A stretch of 64,000 nucleotides of DNA from the human T2T-CHM13v2.0 reference genome, Homo sapiens (GCA_009914755.4 CP068257.2:11968001-12032000); one strand, 5' to 3'; numbered from the stretch's first letter, positions 1 to 15,169 are shown. Notes: generated by a model from the sequence alone, not told the origin. Program-made: numbers and translations.

Positions 1-3000
1 TTGTCATAATAAATATACAAATTGCCCAATTCTAGGCTCAGCAGATTATAATAAAAGTAGAAAAATGTTTCACATTAACAAAAATACTAGTATGCCACCT
101 GGTTGTGGACACCTAATACATTGTATAACCCAAACTGTATTAGGACACCTTTAATTTAGCCATCTATTTATCAAAAAGCTTCTGTAAGTTAGGTTTTATA
201 AGTTGCAGGAGACAAAGATGGAATAGATGTAGTTTTGATCTTTAAGGTGCTCATAGTAGAGCTGTCTCTATTTCATTTCTGTGCTTTTTCAACAGAATTT
301 ACAAAGAAAACCTTTCTATGTTTTCACTTGTCCACTTAACAAATAACTATTAAATGTCTTTTAGATACTAATCATTTTTCTAATGTTACAGAACACACAC
401 AATTAAAAATACAGACAGGAGCTTGTTATTATCATTGTCATTTTTATTATTTTACTACTTTATTCAGTGCTTACTGTGTGCTAGATGCCCACTGGAAGCT
501 TATAATTATGATTTATTATATATTAATTATGTGCCAGACGTATGTGATGAGGAATGAAAGTTTTGAAAAAAAGTAGGTATGATTCAAGGTAAGCACGCAG
601 AGTGAGAAGAATTTTTCTAGGTAAAGAAGCAGAAGAATAATGTTTGGCAGAAGGAACACGCAACAAGATTGTGTGTTTGCCAGAAGAACATCTAATGAGA
701 TTGCCTGTTTGGCAGGAAGAGCAGCAAGTGCAAAACACAAGATGCTGAGTGAACTTTGCAGGGTTTCTGAGCAGTTCACTTTTGCTAGTACCAAAAGTGT
801 GAGACACCAGAGGTTGGGAATAAGGTGAATACTTAGCTAAGGCAAGTTTATGATAGACTTTTTTAATACTATAGAAATGAGTAGGTCTTACCCTGTGGGC
901 CATGGGAAATTTACCAGGTACAATGCTTTGGACTGTAAATACTAGATGAGCAGTGGCTAAAACAGTAGGAACCAGAGTTGTTTTGGTTGTTCAGTGATAT
1001 CCTAGGATCCCACTTGTCCCTCTTTCAGCTGTGCTGTTGGCAGTGTTTTATTCATGTCTCCTTTCATGGTTGGCTAATCCTCAGCAGCTCCAAACATCTT
1101 GTTCTCACAACACAACATTTCAAGGGCTGCTTTTCTTCACATGTGTCTTTTAAACAGGGAGAAAACTTAGAAGCATGCAAGGGGCTTCCTGTAACATTTC
1201 ACTGGCTGGGTCACACCACATGCTCATTCCCAAACCAGGCACTGGGAAGGCAAATACATGATTAGCTTAGAATAAACATTTCTCTTTCTGAGGCTGAGGA
1301 GGGGGATTGGGATAATAAATATCCCAATAGACTTGTGTTTCTTCTGCAAGAAAGAATAAGGAATGGCTATTGATAGGGAGCCAACAATGTGTGCTGCAGG
1401 GGCTCATTGGAGAAATTTGAGCAGGGGAGTTACAAGATTAAATTTGAGTATTAAGGCATATTCTGCTTATGGTGTAAAATGGGTTAGCAAGCTTTTTCTG
1501 TAAAGGACCAGGTGGGAAATATTTTAGATTATGTGGTCTCTGTCATATCTACTTAACCAGGCTGTTGTCTGTTGTTGTAGTGTGAAAGCCACCATGATTA
1601 TATGTAAGCAAACAGGCATGACTGAGCTCCTATAAAACTTTATTTACAAAGCCAAAAGGCAGATTGGATTTGGCCTGTGGCCTATAGTTTGCTGGGATTG
1701 ATGGAAGATAACCATGTAAAGAAACCAGGAGAAAAAGGAAGCTTTTGCAGTAGTCAGCTATAGTTTCCATGTCACACATCCTTGGACTAGTATCAATGTA
1801 TTCTAAGGTTTTCACCTGCCCATGGCAAAATAAAGTTTGGAATCTCAGTTACTCATTTTAATGTGTTGGCCTTTTTTTGGTGTTATGCTTTTTTCATTTG
1901 TTTTGCTTAATTTTTTTCATGTAAGAAATAACATTAATAGTTGGAAGGGTTGTTTGTAATAAAAGCCGTTTTGTAAATGTTTATGTTCTCAGTGGCAGTG
2001 GTAATATAAAGCAGAGGAAGAAGAGAGGTATAGTCAATATGATTTAGTGATAATTGAATGAGAAAGGTTTGGGGGACAGAGAGAAATGTCAGATAATTTA
2101 CAGGTTTCCACGTTGTACACTAGTATTTAACCTGGACATGAGGAAGGAGTAGGAAATTTTCTCCATGACCTGTGTGAGTCACAGCTTCCAGAAAAGAAAG
2201 AGAGCAAGGAGCATATTAAGGAACCACAGCAAAGTCAGTCCTAGAGTGCCCTGCTTGACTTCATGTCATAGTTCTGACTTCTAAAAAATCATTTTCTGCA
2301 AAATGTGCTTTGTGTTTTTCCCCTCTTGCAGCCTGCAGCCAAACAGAATCCCTTTAGCAGGGCATTTTTGTGTTCTTCCTTTAAACAAAGTAACATAAAA
2401 ATAACAAAAAAGAGTAAGAGAAAGAGTGTTTTTTGTATAGGCTAGCATTTAACTTAAACTTGAGAGCGAGTACTAGGATTATACTTAGAATTTATGGACT
2501 CGGTAGGAAGACTAGATAGAAATCTAAATATTGCTGACTCAAACACAGTGTGTTTTTTTTGCTTTATTGTCACAGCTCTGAATTCACAACTATTAGTTAT
2601 ATTCATATACACTATAACTTTATAAAGCACCTTCCCAAACAAATATTAAGTGATTTATTATAATTTCTATGACTTATTATAGAATTGACTTTCCAAGTGT
2701 TCATGAGAATTATTGAGAATTTGCTACATAGTATCATCTCAGCTGTGTCCACATGAGCTAGCTGTCACCTTGTCTTAATGAATAATGGCTCACTAGGAAT
2801 ATTGGTTTTGACATTAAAATGATCTACATCTAAATACAGATAGGACCAGGGACCACTCTTGAACGTTAATGTCTAAGCATCTTAAAAGTACACATAAGGC
2901 TTTCATAATCTGACTTCTGCCCTACTCTACATCTTTAGCCCTTTTCCCTGTGTGCCCTTTCTCTGGCATTACTGAGTGGCTCTTAATGCCCTACTCACTC

Positions 3001-3472
3001 CTCCTTCTATTGCAGGCAAATACTTTCACTCTTTCAGGCCTCGCTCCTGCTCTTGCTGCTGTGTGGCATGCTGTCACCCTTTCTTGCCCTCTACCACTTT
3101 TAATCTAGCTAGCCTCAATATTTAAGTCTCTGCTTGGGCAGGTGTTCTAGAAAAGCCATCCCTGACAGGCTTTATTTTCATTCTTTTTAAACCCTAACAC
3201 CTAGCATGTGTGTAGCAGGACTCAATAAGAAATTTCTGAGTAAAATAAAGACTGTTTTTACAAAGATGATGTGCAAGACTGTCCTCTGCAGTCTTGGAGT
3301 AGAGGGGACAGACCTGTGGAGGAATAATGTACAGTTCAGGTGGTAAAGGTGCAGTAGAAAAATCAGTGAGGTCCTAAGGCTACCTCAAGAAAGGAGTTAC
3401 CTGTTTATCTGGGGAAAGATCTGCAGAATCAAGGAAGACTTCCCATAGCATTGTTTTAAAAGATGAAAATAA

Positions 3473-3778
3473 GGCTGGGTGTGGTGGCTCACACCTGTAA
3501 TTGCAGCATTTTGGGAGGCTGGAGCAGGTGGATCACAAGGTCAAAAGATCAGGACCATCCTGGCCAATGGTGAAACCCCATCTCTACTAAAAATACAAAA
3601 ATTAGCTGGGCATGATGGTGTGTGCCTGTAATCCCAGCTTCTCAGGAGAATGAGACAGAAGAATCATTTGAACCAGGGAGTCAGAGGTTGCAGTGAGCTG
3701 AGATTGTGCCACCGCACTCCAGCCTGGTGACAGAGCAAGACCCTGGCTCAAACAAAAAAACAAAAAAAAAAAAGAAAA
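3473..3778 (+). mobile_element. Alu SINE, full length, A-rich tail
   Basis: Starts ggctgggtgtggtggctcacacctgtaat...; has the canonical right monomer ...gcactccagcctggtgacagagcaagaccctg followed by an A-run. Confidence 0.9.
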
Positions 3779-4649
3779 ATGAATATAAATTTGTCATAAT
3801 AGTGGATGGAAACATTTTAGACGTTAAGAAGACATTGTACACTAACAAAGGTGTCAGTAGTAATTTTGGAAATCATTTGTAAGGTACTATTGTTGCAGAA
3901 AACAGGAGGCAGGAGAGACCCAGTGGGTCAAACAAGAGGATTTTATTTAGGTGCACACCAGCTCAGCGGATTTGCATCAAAAACCTGAGCCCTGAACAAA
4001 GACAGGGCTTGGCTTATATAGGCAAACTTACAGAAGCAGAACAAAGGCAGTTAATCATATAGTGACAGTTTTGCAACCACTGCATAGCTTGTGACCTTGC
4101 AGCTGCATTGAAGGAAAACAAGAATTTGCAAAATATATGCATTTGTAAAAATAGCTATGAATAAATGCTGAGGGGGAGGGGAGATGGTAAAGGAATTTGT
4201 TTTCTTAACTTTTCTCTGGGATGTCTGGAGCCCATACCTGTGGGCTCTGGCTTCTCAGACAGGGTCACCACGACCTTTCCTGGGCCCTGCCTGATACTAT
4301 CCTTAGAGTCAGAGTAGCTAAGTGCAGGAAAACTTGTTTCTCTTTAAAACTAAATTTTCTTTTCTTTACATTTCCTGCTTCACCATTAGGAAGTGAACAA
4401 CATACTGAGTTACCTTATATGTTTCTACTGTATTTTAAAGTTGTGTTTCTGGTGGTTTTGTTCATTTATGTGGGGTGGATGAATTTGTGAGTGAATCACA
4501 TCAGGTGTCTCCCCAAGTGGTTTGTTGAAGTTTTGGAGAATTATTTCCTAAGTAACTATTTCATGAAAGACTAAACACTCAATTAATGAAATAAAATAAA
4601 ATGTTGTCTTCAATCTATTTTTATAAAGGCAATAGTTTTTAACTGTTCT

Positions 4650-4760
4650 AAGTGGTTCATCTTAACTGAATATATGGATTTCTCAACAGAACAAGACTTA
4701 AAGCTGACATCAGAGGAAGAGTCACAAAGGCTTAAAGTCAGTGAAAATAGCCAGCCAGAG
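4650..4760 (+). CDS. POTE/ANKRD26-like internal coding exon (approximate boundaries)
   Basis: Translates ...[25 protein letters not shown], matching the POTE segment [26 protein letters not shown] from memory. It joins in frame to the next exon (PE|KMSQEPE). The acceptor is uncertain and the donor looks like GC rather than GT. Confidence 0.4.
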
Positions 4761-6163
4761 GCATGGAAAATTTTAAATTTAAATTTTTGATTTAATGTTG
4801 TTTTCTTTGCTTTAACAATATTAGATAGTCCAAATGAAATTACCTTTCAGACTAGGTTTTAAGAATCAATAGATTCTTTTTTTAAGAATTTTTTAATAAG
4901 ATTCTTAAAATTTATTTTAATAAATTCAGCAATCTCATTAACAGAAGAATCAATAAATTCTAATTTAACATTTGATATTTAGCTTAAAAACATAACCACT
5001 ATAAAATTTAAAATACCCTTATTTTACAGTATTCTTATTTAAAATATTCTTGTCTGCCTTTTTGATTAGCTTATAGCTAATCTTTCCTTTTGGAATAGAG
5101 GCAAAAACATATTCCAGACCTTTGTTTGTTCTTTTATTTTAACAACACCCTAACATGATAAAGTAACATCAATTATTGGATTATATTATTAAGCAAAAGA
5201 ACTATGAACAATGTAACACTGAAGGTCCCTGAGCTGGATTCATGGTTAAAGAATAATCACGGCCAGTGATTGAAAATCTGCAGTTTTATATTGTCAGTCA
5301 CTGATACCAAGGTTAAAGACATATTCTGCCTTGTGATCTCTCACTGACTTCAGCATTTCTGTTCAGGGAGGGAACCAGGTCATAAAAGCAACCCAACTGC
5401 CTATTACAAGAATCATATCTTGCAGAATGGGACATTTGGTGTTAGTGCACAAACACAATAACCTTTTCCTTATTTTAGTTGCAGAAAATCAGTACAGATT
5501 ATTAAAAAAAATTTATCCACTATAATTAGTACACCTTAGAATATATTAGAACTGGACTTAAGCAGATCATCTAGATACATAACACTATCATATTACAGCA
5601 TATAATTTCAATTAAAATGTAAGAATTTGCATTTCTTTCTGTTTGGTGTTGATTTCAGCTCCTAATAATTTAAAGCGTGCCTACAATCCAATTAGGAATC
5701 TTTTAAAAAAGCACTTCAGTGCACTATAGGGGCTCACTAGTTAGGGTTTCATGAGATATACTTTTTCAAGTGAGGAAGCCTTTGGAACACTACAAATCAT
5801 CTGCTAATTCATTTTTGGTAGATTTAACACATAACAAATTAAGTTTAGTCCAAACAAATGGTAACAAAGTTAAGTTTGCTGGTTCATGTTTTTATTCTCC
5901 CTTTGTCTGAGGTGAATTATTTTTCACATGTTAGTCAGAAGCCAATGATGTGGCAGTTGCTAAACATAGATTAAAAAATTAATTCTTAATTTTAATTATT
6001 TATTTATTTAATTATTTTAACAGTTAAATTTTATTTTATTTTCTAATTTTTCATGTCCATACTTGATTACTTAAGAATAAAATTATTTTAACATGCATTC
6101 CAAAAGAGGAGACATACACGGAAATACAACAAGCAAATTAACCTTCTATTTTTGCATCTGCAG

Positions 6164-6208
6164 AAAATGTCTCAAGAACCAGAAATAAATAAGGACTGTG
6201 ATAGAGAG
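6164..6208 (+). CDS. POTE-family 45-nt coding exon (KMSQEPEINKDCDRE)
   Basis: Acceptor ..tttgcatctgcag|aaaatg; donor gagag|gtatac. The peptide matches the POTE motif KMSQEPEINKDCDRE and is in frame with flanking exons. Confidence 0.6.
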
Positions 6209-7248
6209 GTATACCTTTATGTTCAAATGTTTCTGTTGAATTAGATTTTTATGTTATGCTGTTTAACAAAGTGTAGTAAGTGTAGGCATACATGATCCTA
6301 TCATGTAAGTAGCATAAATCACCAGTGAAAAATTTAATATTTAACTCAGAAAGAATTCTGTACATTGAGTTTTCAAGAGATACAAACCCTAGAGAGATTC
6401 TTTCATTATTATGGAACAATCCTGAATGGTGCCATAAAATGCTAGGTAATGCCACTTTAGGAGCTTTGGACCAATCATTTTATCTTTCTTGGTTTTAGTC
6501 TGATTATCACTAGATAATGTGGCTAAAGAAGATAATTACTTATTCTTTGTAACTTCCAGCTGGAAAATTGTATAGCTATTGAATGTGAAATTTTGGGAGC
6601 ATCTAATTTTCTGGAATTCCACGCTTGCACTTCAGCAGTTTCACTCTGCTCCTTGTGTTGTGGCAAACTTTGGTTTTCATGTTTCAGTGAGCACCATCAT
6701 GTTTTTGATATCCAGGAACCAAACGAAAAAAGAACGATCAAAGGCAGTGGGGGAGGAGAATATCTTAGTGCAGAAAAGGGCCATCTTCCTTTCTATTCCT
6801 GAAGTCCCCCAGTGTCTCATCCTCTACATCTGAGTGTTTAATGTAAAATCTAGGTGGTAAAGATAGAAGACACATTTTGTGTCTATGTCGTTTTATTTTT
6901 GTGTTCCCACGAGTCAAATGGGGTAAATTCATATATAAGATTCTGAAGAGTTTTTGGGAATAAAGGCACAAAATGAAGGAGGGCCCTTTTTGAATTTTGG
7001 AAAATTCTGTTTTATTCAGTCAAACAGCAATCAAGCAAACTTTACAAAAATTTCAATGATATACTAATGACATGATAATTAAATCTTAAAATTATACGGT
7101 AATAGTTCTGTATATATGATCAAATTTAAGTGTGAGATTTTTAATGACTAAAATAATGGCAAACTGAATCAATTGATAAAATCAATTAAAAAGGTTATTT
7201 TTATTCAATAAAGTGATAACCATCCTTAATATCAAACTTCCACTCAAG

Positions 7249-7415
7249 GTTGAAGAAGAAATAAAGAAGCATGGAAGTAATCCTGTGGGATTACCAGAAA
7301 ACCTGACTAATGGTGCCAGTGCTGGCAATGGTGATGATGGATTAATTCCACAAAGGAGGAGCAGAAAACCTGAAAATCAGCAATTTCCTGACACTGAGAA
7401 TGAAGAGTATCACAG
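7249..7415 (+). CDS. POTE-family coding exon ([55 protein letters not shown])
   Basis: Acceptor cactcaag|gttgaag; donor cacag|gtaagc. The 167 nt end in phase 2 (ag|t = Ser), continuing exactly into the next exon SDEQNDT. Strong match to the POTE C-terminal region. Confidence 0.8.
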
Positions 7416-7649
7416 GTAAGCCTATGGCAACATTTAATAGGAGATAACTATATGCTGTCAAACTAATCTTAATTTGGGCTAATATTCATGATGAACAAAT
7501 TTTATACTTTTACTAGAATATTCAGCCTTGCCTGTTAATCAGAAAAATGAAAATCAGTAAACAATGAGTTACCGTTTTTTCCAGTCATTAATTTATTTGA
7601 AAAATAACCAGCATTGGCAAATGTGAGGGAAAAGGCATTTTCTTTTCTT

Positions 7650-7995
7650 TTTAATGAACTTTTATTTTAGCTTCAGAAGTTCATGTGCAGGTTTATTATA
7701 TAGGTAAACTGTATCATGGAGGTTTGGACTACAGATTATTTCATCAGCCACATAATAAGCAAAATACTCGAGAGGTAGTTTTTTGGTCATCTCCCTCCTG
7801 CCACACTCCACCCTCAAGTAGACCCTGGTGTCTGTTATTCTCCTCTTTGTGTCCATGAGTTCTCATTGTTTAGTTCCCACTAATGAGTAAGAATATGTGG
7901 CATTTGATTTTCTGTTCCTGCATTAGTTTGCTTAGGATAATGGCCTCCAGCTCCATGTGTGTTGCTGCAAAGGAAATGGTCTCATTGAAAAAGAC
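7650..7995 (-). mobile_element. L1 3'-terminal fragment (~350 bp)
   Basis: Reverse complement of the L1 3' end: ...cctgtgtccatgagttctcattgtttagttcccactaatgagtaagaatatgtggcatttgattttctgttcctgcattagtttgcttaggataatggcctccagctccatg. Confidence 0.75.
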
Positions 7996-8676
7996 ATTTC
8001 ATACACTGTTGGTAAATACATTTTGAACATTAATTTAGTAGCATATTCACACACACATATATATAACATAGTAAGGATATATAGGTATGTTAAGGATATT
8101 TGTATAGATTTGTCACATATATACTTATGTGTAAGGACATTTCTTACAGCATTATTATATCAAAAAGATAGATCCTTATCAATAGGAATTTATCATCAAA
8201 AGTAAATCCTTACCAATAGGAAATACCCCGAAAATAATACAGTATGCAACCATTTTTTACAAATGAGGTTAGATCTAGAGTATACTGATTATTCACAATT
8301 AAAATATTTAAAGCATTTAGTTTGGTAACACATCTTAAGATAATTTTGTTAGAATTCTTGTAATATCTGCTGTGTTGCAAATGGAAGCTACACGCTACAT
8401 TGACACCGTACCTTGTTAGCAACAAGATTGCTAGTTATTAAATTTTTGTTGTCAGTGCCTGAGTGCCGAAATATTGGACCTTCAATCTGAATATTGCCAA
8501 GGGATTGTACATGGGGATCTATATTTAATATAAACATTTGAGTATATTGGGTAAAACTTTTATTAAAATATATCAAAGTATCTTTCATCTGCTAAACCAG
8601 GAGCTGGCCAGCTTTTTCTGCAAAGAGCCATTTAGTAAATATTTCAGGCTTTGTGAACTATATATATTTATTTTTT

Positions 8677-8830
8677 TTGAGACAGGGTCTCTGTTGCCCA
8701 GGCTGGAGTGCAATTGTGTGATCACAGCTCACTGCAGCCTTGACTTTCTGGGCTCTAGTAATCCTCCCACCTCAGCCTTTCTACTGTCTGGGACCCCAAG
8801 TGTGCAACATCACACCCAACTAATTGACTC
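8677..8830 (-). mobile_element. Alu fragment (right arm)
   Basis: tttttttgagacagggtctctgttgcccaggctggagtgcaattgtgtgatcacagctcactgcagcc... is the Alu 3' half in reverse complement. Confidence 0.8.
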
Positions 8831-9676
8831 TATGGACTGTAATGTGAATAAGCATGGCTGTGTTCCAAGATTCTTTACTTACAAAAACAGGCAGTGGGCT
8901 GGATTTGGCCCACAGGTGCTAATTTGCTGACCCGTGTGCTAAAAGGAAGGTGCTGCTAATGCAGTAACACTTATTTGTAAAAGTGCCCTGCATGTGTGAC
9001 ATTATCTTTCCTTTGAGAAAAGGATATATTTCAGTATTCACCTCACCATATTTTTCCACAGTGATGTCATATAATTTTTAAAATTTCATTTGTAAAATAA
9101 GATTATTTTCTGCATTTCTGCCACTTTATTCCTGTCAATAGAACTCAGTATTTCACTGTGATCAATTACTTTGTATATTTGATGAGTATCAACTGTCCTA
9201 GAATTGGCTGATTTTTATCAAGCAAGAAATACTCTCCTTGAAGCTTTTAGTTTTTCTTGGTCTTTATGTATAAGCATGAACAAAATAATAATCAGCTTCT
9301 GTAATCTAGAAATGGTCAAGGCAACTTTTAGTTCTATAGTTTTAAGAATTTAACACCTTGGTCTGGCATTTTTAATGCCAAATGTGTATAATTTTTATAA
9401 GCTTTAAAATATGTAATTGTTATATAAAATTTGAAAACTACACCTGTTATGTAAAATTTGAAACTATTTGTCTACTACTTTTCCATGACTGTGGAAGAAA
9501 ATTACAACATTCTCAGCCATGACTCCTAAGTATGATGTCCTTAAAAGAACTGTCTACACTCACGAACTCAAATTTTCTTTTCATTCACTCTTGATCTCAT
9601 GCCAGTAAGTCTTCAATTTCAGCAGTCCTCCAACGTTTTTCCTCAAAATTATCACTAATTTTTTTCTGTAATCTAG

Positions 9677-10211
<535 letters not shown>

Positions 10212-10477
10212 CTCATGACTTTTTCTACTGTGTATATGCTAGTGATTTCCAAATGTATGTCTCCAGCTCAGATCTCTCTCCTTAATTCCAGATTTCTATA
10301 TCAGCCTGCCTACTTGTGACATCTCTATTTGGTTAGTTATTGGGTATCACACACTTGTCAGATCCAAAATTGGGCTACTGATGTCCTTCCTGAAATCTAC
10401 ACCTCATGCAGTCTTTCCTACTTTGGTTAAGGGCAACTCTTCCAGTTGCTCTGCCAAAAATCTCGGTGTCATTCTTG

Positions 10478-10500
10478 ACTCATCTCTCTCTCTCTCTCTG
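10478..10500. repeat. (TC)n microsatellite
   Basis: ctctctctctctctctctg. Confidence 0.8.
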
Positions 10501-11782
10501 ACACCTCACATCTAATCTCTCAGTAAATCTTGTCAGGTCTACCTGAAGAATATGTCCAGAAGCCAGTCATATCTCATACATCTGAGCCACCCTCATCTGC
10601 AGTCTAGATGAGTGCCATAGACTGGGAATTGATAGTCCTGGTTTTTAAAAACTTCCCTTTTCATCAATTCTTAACTCAGTGGATGTATTTAAAGCATAAG
10701 TCAAATTGTGTCATTCCTCTGCCCCAGCCCTTCTGATTATCTCCCATTTCACTCAGAGTACATGTCAAAGTTCCTCCTAATTATCTCCCTTGCTCTGCTT
10801 CAGCCACACTGAATTCTTGCCATCCCTTATCTACCCCTAGTGCTTAAAGATGCCAGGCACACCTCTGTGATTTGCAGTTCCCTGTGTCTGGAATGCTTTT
10901 TCCCCAGATATCCTCCTAGCTTTCTCTTTCCATTCCTTCAGTTCTTTATTTAAAACCCCCTTTCTAAGAAGAAGAGGAAAAAGGGTAAAAAGAAACACAT
11001 TAAGGAACAACCACTTTCTGAGGAAGAACGGTGTGCTACCCAGACGCGTCATGCTTAAGGTTCAATTGGGTGCCTACCAGGGATGCTCTCTAACGTAACG
11101 AAGGGAAGGTTCAGTGAAACAAAGTGATTTATCATCTCTAACTTCAAACCCATTTGTATCTTGACATCAACGCTGTTAACCTTATGTCATCATTTCTTAG
11201 AGACTTTGATATACAAATAAAAGGTTTTTGTATTAGAAAAAAAAAATCCCCTTTCTCAGCAGGGACTTTTCTGACCATCCCAACTTTCCCACCACCCTCC
11301 CCATCAAACACATAAACATTTCATTTTCCTGCTTTAGTTTTTCTCCTGTAACATCCTGTATATTTTGCCTTATCTGTCTGTTGTTATTGTGTGTTTTTCT
11401 CACTCTCATGAATAGGGTTTTTATTTTTCACTACCATATCCTCACTGCCTAGAAAAAGGCCTAGCATATTGGATGAAGCTACCTAACAAATACTTATTAA
11501 ATGAGTGAAGGGAGTTTATCCTGGATATATTGTTTGATTAATTCTCACTTTAAAAATGTTTGACGTGGTTCATTCTAACAGTTTTGCCCAGTAATTACAT
11601 GCATTTTTAAAATTGTTTTGGCTTTTTATAATAAGCTACATTCTTTATATTAATTTTTTTATTTAGAGAGAAAAGCCCAATATTGTGGTTATTCACTATT
11701 TATTCTTTTACTAGTAATCATAATTGTAATTATGGCAAACTGAGTCAGAGGAATTGCAAAGTTTACTGGTATTTTATTTTAT

Positions 11783-12066
11783 TTTGAGATGGAGTCTCGC
11801 TGTATCCCCCAGGCTGGAGTTCAGTGGTATGATCTCAGTTCACTGCAACCTCCACCTTCTGGTTCATGCATTTCTCCTCCCTCAGCCTCCCAAGGAGCTG
11901 GGATTATGGGGGCATGCCACCACGCCCAGCTAATATTTGTATTTTTAATAAAGATGGGGTTTCACCCCATTGGTCAGGCTGGTCTCGAACTCTGTACCTC
12001 AGGTGATCCACCCACTTCGGCCTTTCAAAGTGCTGGGATTACAGGCATGAGCCACCGCACCTGGCC
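11783..12066 (-). mobile_element. Alu SINE
   Basis: ttttgagatggagtctcgctgtatcccccaggctggagttcagtgg ... gggattacaggcatgagccaccgcacctggcc. Confidence 0.9.
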
Positions 12067-12979
12067 ACTAGTATTTTATTTAAAAAAAAAATTAGGGTGG
12101 CACATTTAATGGACTTACAAATTCTTTTCAAGGGATTATGAACCTTTGGTATTTGAAATAAAGAGACAGAGTTGGAATTTTTTGCTTCCTATAGTAAGAG
12201 GAATACTGGTCAGGCACTGTCTATTCTGATGGAGCAGGTGCTGCTGCATGGCTGTATTTCAGAAGCAAGCTGCTCACATTGATATTGGTTGGTGAGCAAG
12301 AGCAGTGGTCATTGATTGACTAGATTTCAAACTGGCTTTGTGTGGCTTCTTGTTACCATTGGTACAAGTCATTTCTTTCCTAAGTTAGAGTCAACTTTAA
12401 CCGAAAATTTTCTGTATAAAAGTTGCCTTCAATTAACTATGTTCAAAATGAAACTATTTTATATTCCAGAATTGTAGACTTCATTTTAAAATTTTGGTCA
12501 AGATGAATTGGTTAATAACAGCTCTCAGGAATATCTGTTTTCTTTTTTAAAAAATACATATTTCTCTGTATAATTTATTCCTTAAAATTAATTATTTTCT
12601 TTCTGTTTTTGGTATTTTTAGAAGCTTTTGCTCAAGTCCTAACATAATCTCCAGTAGGAGATTTTAGTCTCTTTGTCAGTTCATGTATGTATATGGTAGT
12701 GATACTCTACTCTCTTTTTAAATTCCTTTTCTTGTTCACTTTCTTCTCAGTACAATAACGGTGATATTCTTATACATCTTTACCTCATTTAAAAGTAATT
12801 ACAGTTTGCTGCTGGCAAATTCAGCTTTTTATATTTTTACTAAATACTAGGCTAAAAGTGAAGAAAATTTACCAGGTCATTTTATTTTCAAACAAAATCA
12901 TTACTAATAAAAATTGCTATCTTTGAAATATAAATAATGACATTTTGATATTTTAAAAGTAAGGATACACCCCCCCCCC

Positions 12980-13297
12980 AATAGTTTGGCTTTGTGTTTC
13001 CACCCAAATCTCGTGTCAAATTGTAATTCCCAGGTGTTGAGAGAAAGACCAGCTGGGAGGTATTGGATCATGGGGTCGGTTTCCTCCATGCTGTTCTCGT
13101 GATAGTGAGTTCTCACAAGAGCAGATAATTCTATAATGGGCTCTTTCCCTTTCACTTCTCTCTCTCCTGCCACCTTTTGAAGAAGTTGCCTGCTTCCCCT
13201 TTACGTTCTGCCATGATTGTAAGTTTCCTGAGGCCTTCCCAGCCATGTGTAACTGTGAATCAATTAAGCCTCTTTCCTTTATGAATTACCCAGTCTC

Positions 13298-13305
<8 letters not shown>
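12980..13305 (+). mobile_element. MaLR LTR (THE1/MST-like), 3'-truncated
   Basis: Matches the THE1 consensus landmarks ccacccaaatctc.tg..aattgtaattcccag.tgttg...ggaggt..tgg.tcatgggg...ttctcgtgatagtgagttctcacaag...ctgccatgattgtaagtttcctgaggcc..cccagccatgtg.aactgtga.tcaattaagcctctttcctttat.aattacccagtctcaggtat. Confidence 0.8.
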
Positions 13306-13352
<47 letters not shown>

Positions 13353-13362
13353 CTTTATTCCA
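13303..13362. repeat. (TA)n microsatellite followed by poly-T
   Basis: tatatatatatatat... then ttttttttttttttt. Confidence 0.9.
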
Positions 13363-14960
13363 CTCATCAGTTGGTGGACACTGGCTGATAACATATCTTT
13401 GCATATGTGAATTGTGCTGCAGTAAACATATGTATATAGGTGTCTTTTTGAGAGTATGATTTCTTTTATTTTGGGTAGGTATCCAGAAATGAGAACGCTG
13501 GATAGAATGGTAAGATCTACTTTAAAAGAACTCTCCATAATGTTTTCCATAGATTTGTACTAATTTGTATCCCCACCAGCAGTGTATAACTCTTTTTTCA
13601 CCACATCCACACCAACATCTGCTGTTTTTTTTATTTTAGTAGTGACCATTCTGGCTGAAGTGAGGTGATATCTCACTGTTGTTTTATTGTACATTTCCCT
13701 GATGATTAGTAATATTTAGCATGTTTTTATATTCTTGTTCACCATTTGTACATCTTCTTTTGAGCAATGTCTATTCATGTCATGTGCCCACTTTTTAATG
13801 GAATTATTTGTATTTTTCCTGCTGATTTGTTTGAGTTTCTGGTAGGTTATGGACATTAATCCTTTGTTAGATTCATAATTTGCCCATATTTTCCCCATTG
13901 TATAGGTTGTTGGCTCACTTTGATGATTATTTCTTTTGCTGTGCTGAAGCTTTTTACTTTAATTAGGTCTTTATTTATTTATTTATTTATTTTTATTTTT
14001 GTTGCTTTTGCTTTCAGGGTCCTCATCATAAATTATTTGCCTAGGCTGATGTCTTCAGGTCTTAGGTTTAGGCCATTAATCCATCTTGAATTAATTTTTT
14101 TACATGGTGAGAGATAGAGATCCAATTTTATTCTTCTATATGTGACTATCTTTTTTTCCCAGCACCATTTGTTGAATAACGTGTGCTTTCTCCAGTGTAT
14201 GTTTTTGTATCCTTTCTCAAAGATCATTTGGTTGTAAGTGGCCTTTTTTCTGAGTTGTCTATTCTGTTCCATTGATCTGTGTATCTACTTTTATATCAGT
14301 ACCACGATGTTTGTTACTGTGGCCTTAGAGTATAATTTGAAGTCAGGTAATGTGATGCCAACATGTTTGTTCCTTTTGCTTGGCATGTCTGTTGCTATTC
14401 AGGCTCTTTTGTGGTTCTACATGAATGGCAGCTTTTTAAAATAACTCTGTGAAGAATGACATTGGTACTTTGGTAGAAACTGTATTGACTCTGTAGACTA
14501 CTTTGGGCACTATGGCATTTTCACAATATCAATGCTTTCAGTCCAGGAACATAGAATGTATGTTCATTTATTTGTATCATCTGTGATTTTCTTCAGTGGT
14601 GTTTTCCAGTTATCCTTTGATAGATCACTCACCTCCTTCATTAAGTATATTCCTAGGTATTTTACTGTTTTGCAGCCATTGTAAAAAGAATTGGATTCTT
14701 GATATGACTCTCAGCTTGGTTGTAGTTGGTGTATAGTGGTACTATTCATTGGTATTTGTATATTTTGTAACCTCTGAGACTTTACTAAATTCATTTATCA
14801 AATCTAGGAGTGTTTTGTAGGAGTCTGTAGGGTTTTCTAGGCATAAGATCATATCATTGGTGAAGAGAGAGTTTGACTTTCTCTTTTCCAATTTGGATGC
14901 CCTTTATTTCTCTTGCCCAATTGCTCTGCCTAGGGCTTCCCAGTTTTCTTCTTAATATGC
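13363..14960 (-). mobile_element. Older L1 ORF2 3' portion and 3' end (L1PB/L1MA-like)
   Basis: Minus-strand translation gives the L1 ORF2 C-terminus (NSIKKWAHDMNRHCSKEDVQMVNKNIKTC, SPCKKINSRWINGLNLRPEDISLGK). Also carries typical reverse-complement L1 motifs (ccaccagcagtgtataa..., gatatctcactgttgttttattgtacatttccctgatg). Confidence 0.8.
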
Positions 14961-15169
14961 ATGAAATAAAAGTAAAATTGAAAGCGATTGTTGATCAGTT
15001 TATTTCACATTTCTCTCTCATACACAAATAAAATGAATTCAAAGTTCTATGTTAAAAACACAATATTAGAGCCTGTCTTGTTCCAAAGGGAATTTCTAAG
15101 TTGTCTATAGATTACAGAGGAATCAAGAATATAAGTGGAAACTGTTTCCAAAAAATAAACATAAAAAGT